A stretch of 64,000 bases of DNA from Nitrospirales bacterium. GTDB lineage: Bacteria; Nitrospirota; Nitrospiria; Nitrospirales; UBA8639. The DNA is taken from positions 1,952,001-2,016,000 of the forward strand of contig CBDBCZ010000017.1 in NCBI GenBank assembly GCA_965203295.1, written 5' to 3'. Each line of letters opens with the position of its first letter. Position 1 is the stretch's first letter. Positions 12,001 through 39,804 of the stretch are shown one piece after another. The notes beneath the pieces are model-generated. The model was not told the DNA's origin and made no database searches. It was given only the letters and a program-made list of their open reading frames with translations. Position numbers and translations under genes: made by a program.

Positions 12001-15000
12001 GCTACAACCCCTACATCTTTCCAACCACACCCACCACAATCAGTACCACACCCCCATACTCAACTGCACACCCACTACTTCCTTCAACACACACAACCAT
12101 GCATCCACAATCATCACCATCAACCACGACACCTCATCTTTATTCAACAACGCCTCACACTACAACCAACCCAAACCTTCACAGGAACACTACTCCCATC
12201 AAAATGCACTTCACTCCACACATCCCACATTCACAAGCACAAACCAAGCAGAGCAAACCAACACGCACAACAAACACAACCCACCATACAACACACTCAA
12301 CAAAGTTGACAACACTCAATGTACACTTTACCAAACACACCCACATAGACCTCCCCTACAAAGAACTTGCAAGTCAGAAATGCAGGTAGCTCACTATATT
12401 TTGCAGAACTTGTCAATAGCATAGCACAGGACAACAATGCCCCCACGAATGAAAGAGATGCGGGTGTACATGTAAGTATGAATGCCAGGAGAAATGTGGG
12501 CAACATTAATATCTGGATGCATCAACGCTGAACACATTTCTGGAAATGGGCAGGGCCTCCAATTGACCGTTACAATTTTAGTTCAATATTTTTAAAGCTC
12601 AGCTTGCACACACAGAGAGGCCACTAGTGGCAGAAGATGCTACAATACCCCTTTCACACCAACTCTGCATTTGCAGTTGCATGGTGATGGGGTTACAGGT
12701 ATAGCTCACCAGAGTTGATAAAGACAGCTGCTACCTCATATACTTCTATCACTAGGGTGCTAGTGGTGGGACGAAAAGTAGCCAAATGAGGCAAGTTTGT
12801 GTGAGCATTTATGGCAGTCTTTTGCAATACCGTAGACTCGGGTTATCAGGCGCACTTCATTATGTAGCGCACATACGCTATCAGGCGCATGCTCGCTTCT
12901 TGGCCCAAAGCCGTAAAAACCTCGTTAAGAAGCGCACGTTTCAATTAAACGTCATATGGGGTGGAGCAACTGCACAAAATTTAAAGAATCAAACGGTGAC
13001 CGTTAGCATGCAGCTAGCTAAATGAGAGATTTCTCAACAGGATAACTTTCTAGGGATCACTTTGCCACTTTCCAGTCATCAAGTTGCTAGCTGGCTACGT
13101 TAAAGGCCTATAAAGGGAGCAAGCAAACCGATCCTCATTCGAATTGATCGAGCACACTCTCATCTCTGACCGCTCCGACCACTCTCCGCCGAGTTACATC
13201 GCCGACTGCTTTGATAAACTGCAATTCCATATCGGTAGTTGGTAATCTACCGGTAACAGCAACAAAGCTCCATGGATTAGCTACCGTAACTTTGCCGCGA
13301 TGACGTCATGCAAAAACTAGGCGTGGTCAACTTTTAACCCCGTTATGTAGCGCACTTTGTTATGTGGCGCGTATACTTTTGCTATTGTCCCAACTAGCGC
13401 ATGCAGTTGATAACCCAAGTCTACAGTACAATAGAAATAGAGTTTTTATTATTGCCCTACTTTTGTAGCCTCGTTCCCAGGCAAGTGACAAAAGATGAGG
13501 TGCAGGCCTGGGAACGAAGCTGCTACTTTTGTATGCAAGTAAAGTTTTACTTACATGTGCCAAGAGAAGCTGAAATATAATATGCAAGCCAAATGAGTAT
13601 TCAAACGTGTGTGAGCCCCTGCTGATGGCAACAGTTGAGAGTGCCCAAGGGCATACGTAGCAACAAGACTAACCAGGATATCAAGTTATCTGGCTTTCCA
13701 AAGGCCTTTTCTAAGGTAAGTGCAGACACTGAAGGGTCTAACTTCCTGAACCAACACGCTGCCCATAGAGCTAGCTATGCTCCCACTGTTCTAAACACCC
13801 TTTTTTTACATACATGTAAGAACATTATACACACCTGCTTTCCAGGGCACCAACCACCAGGGCAATAAGGTAGGAAGGGATGGGTACCGTCTGCTGAAAC
13901 CTGACCACCTTCTTGCTGGAGTCTTTAGGGTGAGGCTCACTGCCCAGCCTCTCACCCCCCATCAGAGCCGTCAGGTCTACCGGAACAGTCACCTGGGTGA
14001 GAAACAACCGGGGGCGGCTATTATTAGAATTAGCAGCCTAAATGGGCGGTTACTTTTACATGGGCGGGTATAATTACAGATCGGTTATTTTTGCAAAACA
14101 ACCGTTAATAGCATGGCAGATTTACAGAAACATCCCCTACATTGAGATCAGCCTAGTAGATGTGGTGTCCCTTGAGGCAGGAAGTCTTCAGGCAGGCAAG
14201 ATGAACGAGCTCCATAGCGCTACCTTAGCTACCGTAGCTTAGCCTCATTCCCAGAACCATCCACTAACTGTAGCTAGGGTTTTCTCACTACGACTAACGC
14301 CGACTTCTTGGTTTTCACAATCTGATTCTCGTCGCTATTCTGTACGGTCGTGTTCTACGAATTAGCTGCATGCTCTGCTTGCTATAGACATTCACACGTG
14401 CAAACGCTATTAATTTTACAGATTCATTTTCCTGCCTGGGCTAGCTGCACGTGCAAATTATGGGCGGCTATGTTTACATAGAAGGTTTTACACACAGTAA
14501 ATTGTTGTTGTAGTAAATTGATTAGTTATACTAGAGGGGCATTTACCTTTAAGGGGGCAGTTATTTATCAGATTTTACAGTATGTATAATTTTATCATGG
14601 CAATCACCAAATAAACATACAAGAGTTTATAGACCATGTATGAATATGAATAATAATTAAAATAAATGAAGTTAGATACCGTATAGCGGAAATTTTCGCC
14701 AGGGATAAAATTTCACCAATTTCGCCCGTCGGTTCAAGTGGTGAAAATTAAACCGGTGAATTTTTTTCGCTGATGAAAGCCGTTTCTACTAAGTGAATCA
14801 TGACACTACTAAGATGCTTGCAAGTTATGGAACACCGCAGCGAGCTCACTAACCTTGCAAGTTGTTGTCTCAGACTCTCTCAGAACCCATTCGCAGCAAT
14901 GGTCTGCGAAGCTATAGCTATGACGCGCCGAGGACTAGTCTCGCTGCTAGCCCGCGAGCTCGAGAATACTGCAGGACCTCTTACCTTGCTACTGGTGATT

Positions 15001-18000
15001 GACAAACGAAGACAATGGCGGCAATCAGAGCGATCTTCAATCTCCATGAACCACGTAGGTTCTCTCTTGCGTCTCAGGCCCAACTGCATGCATGCGCGTT
15101 AAATAAGATCAGACCTTCGGAGGCGTGCGCAAAAATAAAACTGGCAAATATTTTCCGCAATATTTCGCAACAGCATTTGGCGAACATCTTCCCTGGCGAA
15201 AATTACCCGCTATACGGTACATGCTGCACAAGGCTGAAGAGTGGTATACATGTTATATGCAGAGACAGATCCTAGAATGGACAAAGTAACCCTCTTTTCC
15301 CTCAAAACCGTTTTATTGAGCTCACAAGAGTACATGTACATATGTGGTTTTACAGTAGACAGGTTACATTACACAACTGCCAACTAGCTGTTGCTTGCAA
15401 TGTGATCGGGATATTTTCTTGTAGCACCCCAAAAGCAGTTTGCTTGAAACTTTACTGGTACATACCTCAGCAGTGAAAGTGGTCTTTATAGCAGGGGTGT
15501 CCTGGCATGGCAGCATGCTGCGGGCATGGATGGGCTGCAACACAAACAGAAACTTTATCATGCATGTACATGTTAGTTTCAGGGCATAAATAAAAGGTAT
15601 TTACTAGGTGAACGCAAAGCATTGTGGGGAGAGCGCGAGCGAGGTATTAGCCCATGCGTACGTTAGCGGCGACGCGCCCTCAGCAGCTCTTTTGGCTCCT
15701 TCTCTCGTCTCAGTGTCACTTGTCGGTGGCCTGGAGAAATGACAGCTCTTCTGGCTTTAGAACTCGCTCTCTGCTGTTCCAATGTGACTTATCGCCAACC
15801 TGGGGATATATACGGCAACGCTGTAGCCTCTGCCGCTGCAGTCTACACTGTGAGGGCATACCTAAGCTAGCTGCCACTGTGGCCACGTGAACAATTTGGA
15901 ATATTACGGAAAATATTTGAAACGTTATATTGAAACGCGAAACGACATGCGGTAGTGCGTACATACGTACGTACGCACGCACACCGTACGCTCAGACAAA
16001 TTCTCCATTGAACACACTAGTGTGGGGCTCGCTCACGCTCGCCCAATTAATATGCATTGGGACCAATTAAGTGTTGCACTATTTTGGCACCTAATTAATG
16101 GCTACTCCATGCAAAGTCCATGCAGGAAAGCAATAAAGTTCAATACCCATTACTCAAAGGTACAGAGGATTGCGAGTTGGTTGTCCGCAGGAGAAGGCAA
16201 ATAGGAAGTGGCGCTCAAGCACTTAATTAGGTTAGGCTGTCAGAATCAAAGGCTAACAGTTTACACAGTTTCTGCTCACTGGACAACCAACCTGCAAACC
16301 TCCCTACAAAACTTAGGGCCTGGGAAGATCCCAGGTTAGTCCCCCCATCCCCACAATCACAACAATTACAGGTATAATCACAATGCTGGAATGCATTTCT
16401 GCTGATATGGGCACATTATTTACTCATCTAATCACAGTCTTCAATCAATGTAGTGGGGCAGAAGGGCTAGCTGTCTTTCCCCTCTGACCCATTACCAACT
16501 TTGTTGCAGCTTCTGGGAGCCCTGACCTGGCACTGGGTGAAGAGGTAGGGGTGCTGCTTCCCTGCCGTCTGTGCAGGCTCCAGCCACTGCACAGCGCTGC
16601 AGGAAGGCGAGGTGCTATACTGGACAATCACTGCCACCTCGGATCCCCTAGAGAGGGACAACAATATGTTATTCACTCTTTCTAAATCCTGACAATGACC
16701 ACCATAATTATATACAAGGGTATGAACGCCAAAGGGGAGAATAAGTTGCATGTACATGTAGTCGACACGTGCCATTATGATGAAACAGCATTATGCAGTG
16801 ATGTGGGAAGCAAGTATTTAAGTAGTTGGGCTGTGCAGTATAGAGAATTCTGGGGAATATTTCATTTAGGTGGGCAAATAAAAAGAGGACTACCACAATG
16901 TGGATTCACTTCTCCTGGCAGGGTATCCACGTACGTGAACAGTCCTACCATTGCACTCTCTGTAGCGCAACATGATGAACATACACGTAGCTCGCACGTG
17001 GGAAAGAAAAAGAGAAAGAGCAGAGCAATAGAAATTACTGCAGTTCAATAATTCAGTCCTTCAGTCCTTTCTGCATGGGTTCCATGGCACTACTACTTTG
17101 TGCCTCTTCAGTTACAAAACAATTTTCCAGACTTTTGTTGTAGACATGAGGTTTGTCCATATGCACAAAGAGCTTGTCCCTGTGCAGGCATGCAGGCACT
17201 GAATGTTTGTTTCTTTACACACTCCTGTGCAAGCGCTGAAGCCAGCAATGATGCAGAAGAGAGAGAAGCTAGAAGAAGGTGGAACGAATGCTACATGAGA
17301 TGAGCCAGAGTGCTGTATACGTATAGCCTCTCAACCATGCAATAATGCAATAATGTCCTGTGTAGTAGACTGGGTGGGAATGACTAGGGGCAAGGCTAAG
17401 ATTACCCACACAGCCAGTACTCACTTGGCAGCACAGCTGCTAGGCAGGACGATGTGCAGGGCAGACCCAAATACGCCCACTGGACCTTGGACGTCAAACT
17501 GCAGCTCCTGCCCATTTCCAGCATTCAGCACAGCATCCACTTTAAGCTCGTGAATGTCTACAATCTGGTGGAAAGACAGTATTAAAAGGTTTTAGGTCAT
17601 CTCGTGAACCAGCCCACTTAATTCAACTAAGTTACTGGGTATAGGCTGGTAATAGTGGTCACTATTAGTGGAAATGGCAATCGGAAAAGTAGCACCGTAC
17701 AGTGGGAAATTTTTGCATGGTGCCCACTTTCATGCTTTTCGTGCCCATGCCGATTTTGCGAAAATAAGAACTGCGAAATTTTGCACCAGTAAACTTTTGA
17801 ACTGCCAACACGTGGATCTTGACAATACGGTATCTCAAGACCGCAGATGTCCTGACAGCTCTTTTATCTTCTTCCGTTAACCCAGTGGCTATAAAGGACA
17901 GAGTGCTCCGACCCTGGCTTCGAAGTCAAGAGGGCAACATACACCCGACACGAACCCCCGCGAGACTAACTCGAAACACTGAACAGGCAACGATCGGCGC

Positions 18001-18502
18001 GTATGCGTCACTGCACAGTAACAAGGCTGTCAGTCATTCCTCAAAGAAGTTGGGGGTTGAAAAACAGCAGGTCGCAGTGCAGAATGGATGAATGCATACG
18101 CAAGAACAACGGTCTGCAGCTTGTCAGTTTACGATACAAAGGGGTATGGTCAATTATTTGCACTGGCACGGAAATAAAAACTGTGGATAATATAAAAACT
18201 AAAGGCTTTTTGGAATTTTCATGAAAATTTCCCGTTATACGGTAGCATACAGAGTATGGTGCCAAAGCAAATTTTGGGACTTATAATTCAGAAGGCTCAT
18301 CGATACAGATTAGTCAGATCATTGGTCATCATCCACACCACGTGGCCGTACATACTAGTTTTGCAACTCCCTCCTTTTGCGTCCTAGCCTTCAGAGTGGC
18401 CGCGCAGTGCAGCTCCTTAGCAGAAAAATCCGTCTCCACCTGCCAGTCCAGGTGTGTCACCACCACATCGTCGTAGTTGGAGGAACAGCTGGGGTCGCTC
18501 AT
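7..18502 (-). CDS. LTA4H: Leukotriene A4 hydrolase / M1 zinc aminopeptidase, 5' part (10 exons; continues beyond the left edge)
   Basis: Exons 18356-18502 ([12 protein letters not shown]..), 17425-17564, 16527-16647 (..[21 protein letters not shown]), 15466-15534 ([14 protein letters not shown]..), 13835-13992 (..[18 protein letters not shown]), 6630-6702 ([13 protein letters not shown]..), 6297-6437 ([18 protein letters not shown]), 5248-5271 (AGDRSLAA), 4488-4558 ([17 protein letters not shown]..), 7-92 (WLNEG..). All introns are GT-AG with matching phases; GGMEN and HEXXH-x18-E motifs are intact. Confidence 0.96.
640..785. repeat. Small foldback (inverted repeat) element
   Basis: Imperfect arms cagtactgagaaacagccaaacctggtaggtttacacaagtcattt / aaatgacttgtgcaagcctaccatgtttggtcatctctcagtact. 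Confidence 0.55.
1051..4315 (+). mobile_element. Decayed 5'-truncated non-LTR retrotransposon (LINE ORF2/RT) with 17-bp TSD
   Basis: RT motifs [37 protein letters not shown] and SPILFSILIN, broken by stops and frameshifts. Flanking direct repeat agtatattgaccagtag at 1034-1050 and 4316-4332. Interrupted by the insertion at 1856-2627. Confidence 0.9.
1856..2627 (-). mobile_element. Non-autonomous Helitron-like element inserted in the LINE
   Basis: Minus strand reads A|TC...CTTG|T with no TSD and a 3' hairpin caagtacttgcgc-N11-gcgcaagtacttg. Removing it restores LINE codons TTG TAT AAG AAA. Related copies at ~21041-21869 and 29926-30736. Confidence 0.75.
4955..5200. repeat. Dispersed repeat with ccaatatc/gatattgg units
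   Basis: Closely similar to 48970-49200. Confidence 0.6.
5445..6066. mobile_element. Kolobok-like non-autonomous element (degenerate copy)
   Basis: ttaa|gggcttaggtccaactagaagt ... acttccggttgggccaa; same family as 61678-62219. Confidence 0.55.
7213..7505. mobile_element. MITE with ~50-bp TIRs and 9-bp TSD (Mutator-like)
   Basis: tagtctcgtgcccagc..tggctctccgtatattc / gaatatacgggagccagaccc..catgagacta; TSD gtagtatgg/gtagtatgt. Confidence 0.8.
8172..8660 (+). repeat. Dispersed repeat, unclassified
   Basis: Homologous to 63454-63900 (aacaagtctgacatt(t)catgtctaaaaaaccagccgg..). Confidence 0.7.
9941..10166. mobile_element. Truncated copy of the 9-bp-TSD MITE family
   Basis: Internal part and right TIR match 24856-25133. 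Confidence 0.7.
11850..12380 (+). repeat. CA-rich dispersed repeat
   Basis: Homologous to 51375-51700 (plus) and 51895-52414 (minus); source of spurious His/Thr-rich ORFs. Confidence 0.75.
12830..13426. mobile_element. Tc1/mariner-pogo-type MITE (TA TSD)
   Basis: ta|ccgtagactcgggttatca ... tgataacccaagtctacag|ta. Confidence 0.65.
13466..13522. mobile_element. 57-bp mini-MITE with perfect 9-bp TSD
   Basis: ctacttttg|tagcctcgttcccaggc...gcctgggaacgaagctg|ctacttttg. Confidence 0.8.
14679..15217. mobile_element. Tc1/mariner-pogo-type MITE (TA TSD)
   Basis: ta|ccgtatagcggaaattttcgccaggg ... ccctggcgaaaattacccgctatacgg|ta. Confidence 0.75.
15603..16050 (+). mobile_element. Probable non-autonomous element (Helentron-like), unclassified
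   Basis: CpG-rich insert starting actaggtgaacgc and ending actagtgtggggctcgctcacgctcgcccaatt; classification is weak. Confidence 0.35.
17695..18242. mobile_element. Tc1/mariner-pogo-type MITE
   Basis: ccgtacagtgggaaattttt ... aaaattttcccgttatacgg|ta. Confidence 0.6.
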
Positions 18503-18538
18503 GTCGCCGTTTATAGCGCTAGCTATGATACATGTAGC

Positions 18539-18608
18539 TAGTCTCGCGAGCCAGACTGTATATACGGGGGAAAGTACCTTCCCCCGCACAGTCTGGCTCG
18601 CGAGACTA
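18539..18608. mobile_element. 70-bp mini-MITE with 9-bp TSD, 36 bp upstream of the LTA4H ATG
   Basis: acatgtagc|tagtctcgcgagccagactgt...acagtctggctcgcgagacta|acatgtagc; perfect 21-bp TIRs. Confidence 0.88.
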
Positions 18609-18669
18609 ACATGTAGCGAGGCGGGCGCGCGGCACCGGTGGGCGTAGTCTCAGGGCGGAGTGACAATAA

Positions 18670-18747
18670 TAATAATTCTGATGCTGAGACGACTTGTCTT
18701 TATACTAGTAATAATTCTGATGCTGAGACGACTTGTCTTTATACTAG
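18670..18747. repeat. Exact 39-bp tandem duplication
   Basis: taataattctgatgctgagacgacttgtctttatactag x2. Confidence 0.95.
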
Positions 18748-18879
18748 GGTTGGGCGGACTATGCTCAAAAAGTCACCTATAACTCTATTCCCCTATTCTC
18801 ACAAAATTACCCCATTATTCCCGAGTGACGGTCTATTTTTCTTGCCAAAATAATGATCATTCAGTATAACAGTAATATT

Positions 18880-19032
18880 ATTCCTACTACCATCATTACC
18901 GCTACTACTACGTGTACTACTACTACGATCCTTACCAGTATTACCATCATTACCAGTGTTACCAGTAGTATCATTATTACCTGTGTTACCATAATTACCA
19001 CTACTACCATCCTTAGTAGTACTACCATCATT
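18880..19032. repeat. Degenerate trinucleotide (TAC/CAT) low-complexity tract
   Basis: ctactaccatcattaccgctactact... pattern. Confidence 0.7.
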
Positions 19033-19394
19033 CACTTTCTAAATACACTTTACTTGAGCCATCAACCTATATCCGGATATAACCTATACATACCCCATGC
19101 ATGCTCGGAGGTTAATGCAGAAGACTGGTGTATATTGCCCTATTGGTACATATAGCTTTGAACCTCATGCACTGGCGTACAAACTTATTTAAGCAGTACA
19201 GGTACATGATTGTATACTAGTTGACACAAACTCTACATTCAATTTCCATGTTTAACCCTACAAAATCCCTCAGTTTTAATTTGCGAGTTTTTCCTAAATT
19301 CCTCAGATATACTTAGCCAATAATATATTATAATAAACATTCTTTGCCACTTCCCATACACACACCCTGAGTATGCATGGTCACACTACTCTAC

Positions 19395-19400
19395 TTTATT
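19395..19400 (-). promoter_or_regulatory. Putative polyadenylation signal of CCDC77
   Basis: AATAAA on the minus strand about 50 nt after the stop codon. Confidence 0.5.
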
Positions 19401-19450
19401 AAAGCAGAAACAGTACCAATGTGATATACATGCCAAATGTTACGTTATTA

Positions 19451-27484
<8,034 letters not shown>

Positions 27485-27660
27485 CGAAAAGGGACATATA
27501 CAATAGACACGAACGCTAAAAATTTGAATTGCGACTACTAGTCACATGATAATCACATGAAAGCGATTGGCCAAGGGGGAGGAGCCGAGGTCTATATGGG
27601 GGCACTAATTAAAGTGGTAAGCAGATCGAAGGCTGTACCGGGTTCTCTTGTTTCTGTGAG
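27485..27660. promoter_or_regulatory. Probable bidirectional promoter for CCDC77 and the YAF2-like gene
   Basis: Lies immediately upstream of the CCDC77 ATG, with an ATTGG (CCAAT) box at ~27566 and a candidate non-coding exon donor gtgagt at ~27656 facing the YAF2-like gene. Inferred. Confidence 0.4.
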
Positions 27661-28313
27661 TAAAGCCGTAGAGATTAGTAACTGCGCCTCGTGGAACTGT
27701 TGCAGTGACGGGGGTCACCCTCATTGGCTAGTCTCGTTCTAGTCTATCTAGCCATGCTATCCCCAGCTTCTACCCACCTGGCTAGGGATTGTTTGGTGGC
27801 TAGAAACATAGATACTATAGACTACGTTTCTATGGTAGAAGTTGGGGATAGTTAGCTAGACTAGTTTCGCTTCCGGCCCACAATCAAGGCTAAGGATCAA
27901 TCGATCCGTGGCCTTGACTGTGGACTCGGAACGAGCTAGACTATTCATTGGTTGTCCCCTCTATTAAGTGTAATGAGAGGGTGCTTTAACAGCACCATTA
28001 GTTTCTCAGTTTTGGCTTAGTAGTGGTTTCACCTAGCCCAGTACTATTGTCGAGCCTATTGTAGTACGTATACATACATGTATCATTAGTGGGTGCTAGG
28101 TACTTATATGCATCAATTGCCTATACACGTACGATCATCTATTAGTCTCACAAGTGCGGACCTAGACCCTCCCTTCTGTAGTAATAAACGAGGAACAGAA
28201 AGATCTGGGCCGTGCAAGTCTATATACATGTTAATGAAAAACCCCAAGTCATAGAATAATGAAAGCAGTCACGCCTTCCTGTTGATTTATACAGAGACCT
28301 ATTACCAATTGCC

Positions 28314-28804
28314 TTGTTACCCCGTGCCGCGTATGCGCGAGGAGGGTTAAGCAATCGGTTTTGTCTGTCTGCGGTCGTCGTTCTCGTCGTTGTTGTCTGT
28401 CATAATTTTTTTTTAACTATTCAAATGGGAGATTTAGAGGATATAACAATTGCAAAGCAGGAGGAAACAATTGAATTCCCCCCAAAAATTGATGTGTGTG
28501 TGTGCCTGATAGTGTCCAAAATGATTCTTGTCTCCGTATGTCCAGCTCTTTCTTATTCAACATCGTAAGGTCCACCACTTTTTTACACTCAATCGAATAT
28601 AACAGAGGCCGGGCATATGCAGTCTCTTGACACGTGTCCATACTGGAGTATACGTAGAATAGCACCCGTGTCATTACTACAGCTATCAGTCACGCCTGCA
28701 GCTAGTATGCGGCGTTACACAAGCACGGTATAGGGATCTACATGCTGTTTCCAGTCTGCAGAGTCAAGGAGCGCAGGGTATTTCTCTGCTAGAGACTTCT
28801 AGTT
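28314..28804 (+). mobile_element. Helentron-associated interspersed element (HINE/DINE-1-like)
   Basis: 5' ttgttaccccgtgc, (tgtc)n tract, subterminal inverted gcagggta, 3' stem-loop ctagagacttctag, T-rich flanks. Partial copies at 56460-56556 and 58472-58530. Confidence 0.6.
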
Positions 28805-29006
28805 AAAACAAGGCCTGCTACTATTTCTATGACTAACATAGTATACAAGTGACCCATAGTGTGTCTAATTTTGTTGTCAATCCGCATACATGCATTTGTA
28901 GAACAGTTTCATATAGTATTATAGCTAGGGCTAATCTTGAACTTCCATTGCAGTCACACGTACATTGCCTAGTGGTATCCACCTGTTATCTTTATCCTGT
29001 TTAGGC

Positions 29007-37066
<8,060 letters not shown>

Positions 37067-39804
37067 CAAACCAAAATCGTGAATGACACATGCTAACTGT
37101 ATCATGCTGTATGTAGGATATATAGAGTACTATAAATTGGCTGTACGTACATGTAAACAGTGCACCCCCTTTTCCCAGATTCATCTGTTATTCCCGTTAA
37201 CATTATAACAGTCGTAACACAACCGTCCACAGTCTCATTCCTAAATCAATTTTTGGTTGCGCAGGTCCCGCCCACGCACACAATTTTTGCACAAAGGCTT
37301 CGTTTAGTTTTTTTTGACCCTATGGCCGTATACTATATCGTTAGTCTACGAAACTTTATATGGAAAATAACACAGACCTGAGCTTTAATTTGGTATCCGA
37401 CATGCGGGAGTGCTCTATGTAGAAACATGAATATTCACAGTGGGTAGGCTTCAAAGGGTACCCTGATTATCTTTAGCAAAATTTTGTTTCATAGCTTGTA
37501 TGGATTTATAACCAGTTTCAATGGATAGAGGAGTAAAAGAGCTTCAAAATGAGCCCAAGAACTGAACTGTTTCTGATGATACCGAGAATAAAAAGTGGGG
37601 TTAATATATATGTACAGAAATTACTTCGAAGAGCTTGTAAACATAAACACAAAGTTTGTCAAAAGAATGGCAAATTATAAAAAGTCATTCAAAGCACTGC
37701 AAAAAGATCACAGAGGACCAGGAAATCTCAGAGCGTCTCCCTCAGACAAGCAACGTAGTACATCCTGTATGGCAGAATAGAGAATCAGCTCATACCTGGG
37801 TCACATGGCTGGGGAACGAGGCTAAATAGACAAGTACATAGCTAGCTTTGTACACTGGGGGGACAGTGAGCTAGGATTATGCGTGCAGTGAAACACTTAA
37901 GTAGCACCCAAATGAGAGTGAGAGTATTGGAGCTATCATTAATCCTCGTTTTTAACAGTTTGACAATGTACATGTTTTGTATTTCAAGGCCAAGTTTCCT
38001 GCATCAAACTTAACACAACAGGTTTTCCAATTTCAGCTGGGTAGTGAGTACAGTCTACTTATCTCCACACTGTATGGTCATTGAGTGCTAGCTACATCAC
38101 CTGGATCAACTCAGGCATCAAGTCTGACTACACAAACGGTGGCCGAACAAGGATGCATCCTGTGGCGTCACTGGCCCAGCTACTGTTACATGTAGACAAG
38201 CCAGTTGTTCGTAGAACTCACCTCGGTCAGAACTGCACAGGTACTTTCCAGCCTTTGCTTTCTTGGAGTAGTGGATGGGTCTTCTACCAAGACGATATAG
38301 ATATGCTGTCAACTGTGTGGGACGAATAAGGGAGTAAATGAATGATAAAGGGCTGTAGATGTAAGAGAGGGTGTACACGTACAATGTACATGTGTGTGGC
38401 TGTCATAGGATAACACATTTTGTGGGCCTGGATAAAATAGTGCACACCTACCAGTACAGCAGCAGTCTGTAGAATCCGAGAGCGAAAATGAGGGAGGGAG
38501 TGACGGCCCAGACAATGATACATCGTCCAGCGATCAGCTAGAAGTAAAATTTGATACAGCTTTTTTATTTATTAGCTAATACATACAGTAACACGATAAA
38601 CTTACTGTTCCGCTTACCGTATGTCCAGGACGAGCCGAGACATACTCGATGCCTTCGCCTCCCGGCAGCGGCTAGCCAGTTTCACATGAGAATAGCGCAG
38701 TGATTACCGGCAGAGATACTTTGAAAGTATCTCTAGAATCTCTTTTGCTCTTTAGAGAACGATATATATGCCCCCTTACCACGAAAAGGCAGTATACTAC
38801 TCAGACTACAGTGCTCCAAACAAATAGAGTAGATTCAGAAAATTTTTTGTTTAGAGGTTGCAACCATTTTATTATATCCAAATAAGACATCAGGGAAATG
38901 ATTTTGTAGTGGTTTCTCAAAAAATTTTTTTTCTGTACTTAAGGAATAGGGAAGCCATACAGGTATGAAGCAGGTTTTCAAGAAATTTTAACCATTATCT
39001 CGGGTTTGTTAAGGAGTTCGGATTTGAAATTAGGGATGTCAATACTTTACAACAAGCCCAACCTCTCATAAAAAAATTGGTCCTTAACTCTGAGGTTTGT
39101 GGAAATGGCTGCCCTAACGTATACGCCACTCAAAACCTGCTTTAGCAGCTCTGCTCGGACAGGACAATGGAGTATTAAAGGGACAATGGGGGTTTCAAAA
39201 GTTGCTACACTTGAATCACTACACTTGAGGAAGGATAGGGCTCTTAACTCCCAAGTTTAGAGAAATAACAATCCACCTGTGCATGTAAAGCCATAACTCT
39301 GGCCGTGTGTCACATGACTTAATTAATTTTTTTGTGGTTAATTAGAAAAGGTGGCTGGTCATTGCTATCAACTTTGTTTGAGCTTAGGTGATCCTTGATT
39401 GAAGATATAAGGAAAATAGTCAATAATTGGTCAATCTACTCTCTTTGTTTGGAGCACTGTAGAGACCGTAAAAACAGCACCTCCCAAATCCGCCCTAATT
39501 TCGCCATATTTGGGACCATGCCCATTTCCGCTGCAACCAAAATTCTTCCAGTCGGTAGCGGTTGCGTCTCGACTGATAATCTTTCTAAGCTACTTCAAGA
39601 ATCAAGCCCAGCCCTACATTTAAATTGAGCATGCATACACCAAAATTGATGGTGACTAATATCATAACTGAAAATTGTACATGTATACACGAACTTATGT
39701 AAAGACCAGCAACACAGTATAGAGCATATAACCATGCAGCAACTACTGGACAGAGCAATATGGTACAAAATTACTTTCAGTGGCCTTTTATACTAGTATA
39801 ATAA

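Noticed and set aside
11809..12389. Long His/Thr/Pro-rich ORFs, also at 51897-52460
   Set aside because: They arise from a CA-rich dispersed repeat that lacks stops by composition; frames are not conserved between copies.
18799..19155. Gly/Asn-rich and Thr/Ile-rich ORFs
   Set aside because: Translations of a degenerate trinucleotide tract.
38480..38780. Possible solo LTR (minus-strand AATAAA, CpG-rich)
   Set aside because: No clear TG..CA ends, TSD or second copy in the window.
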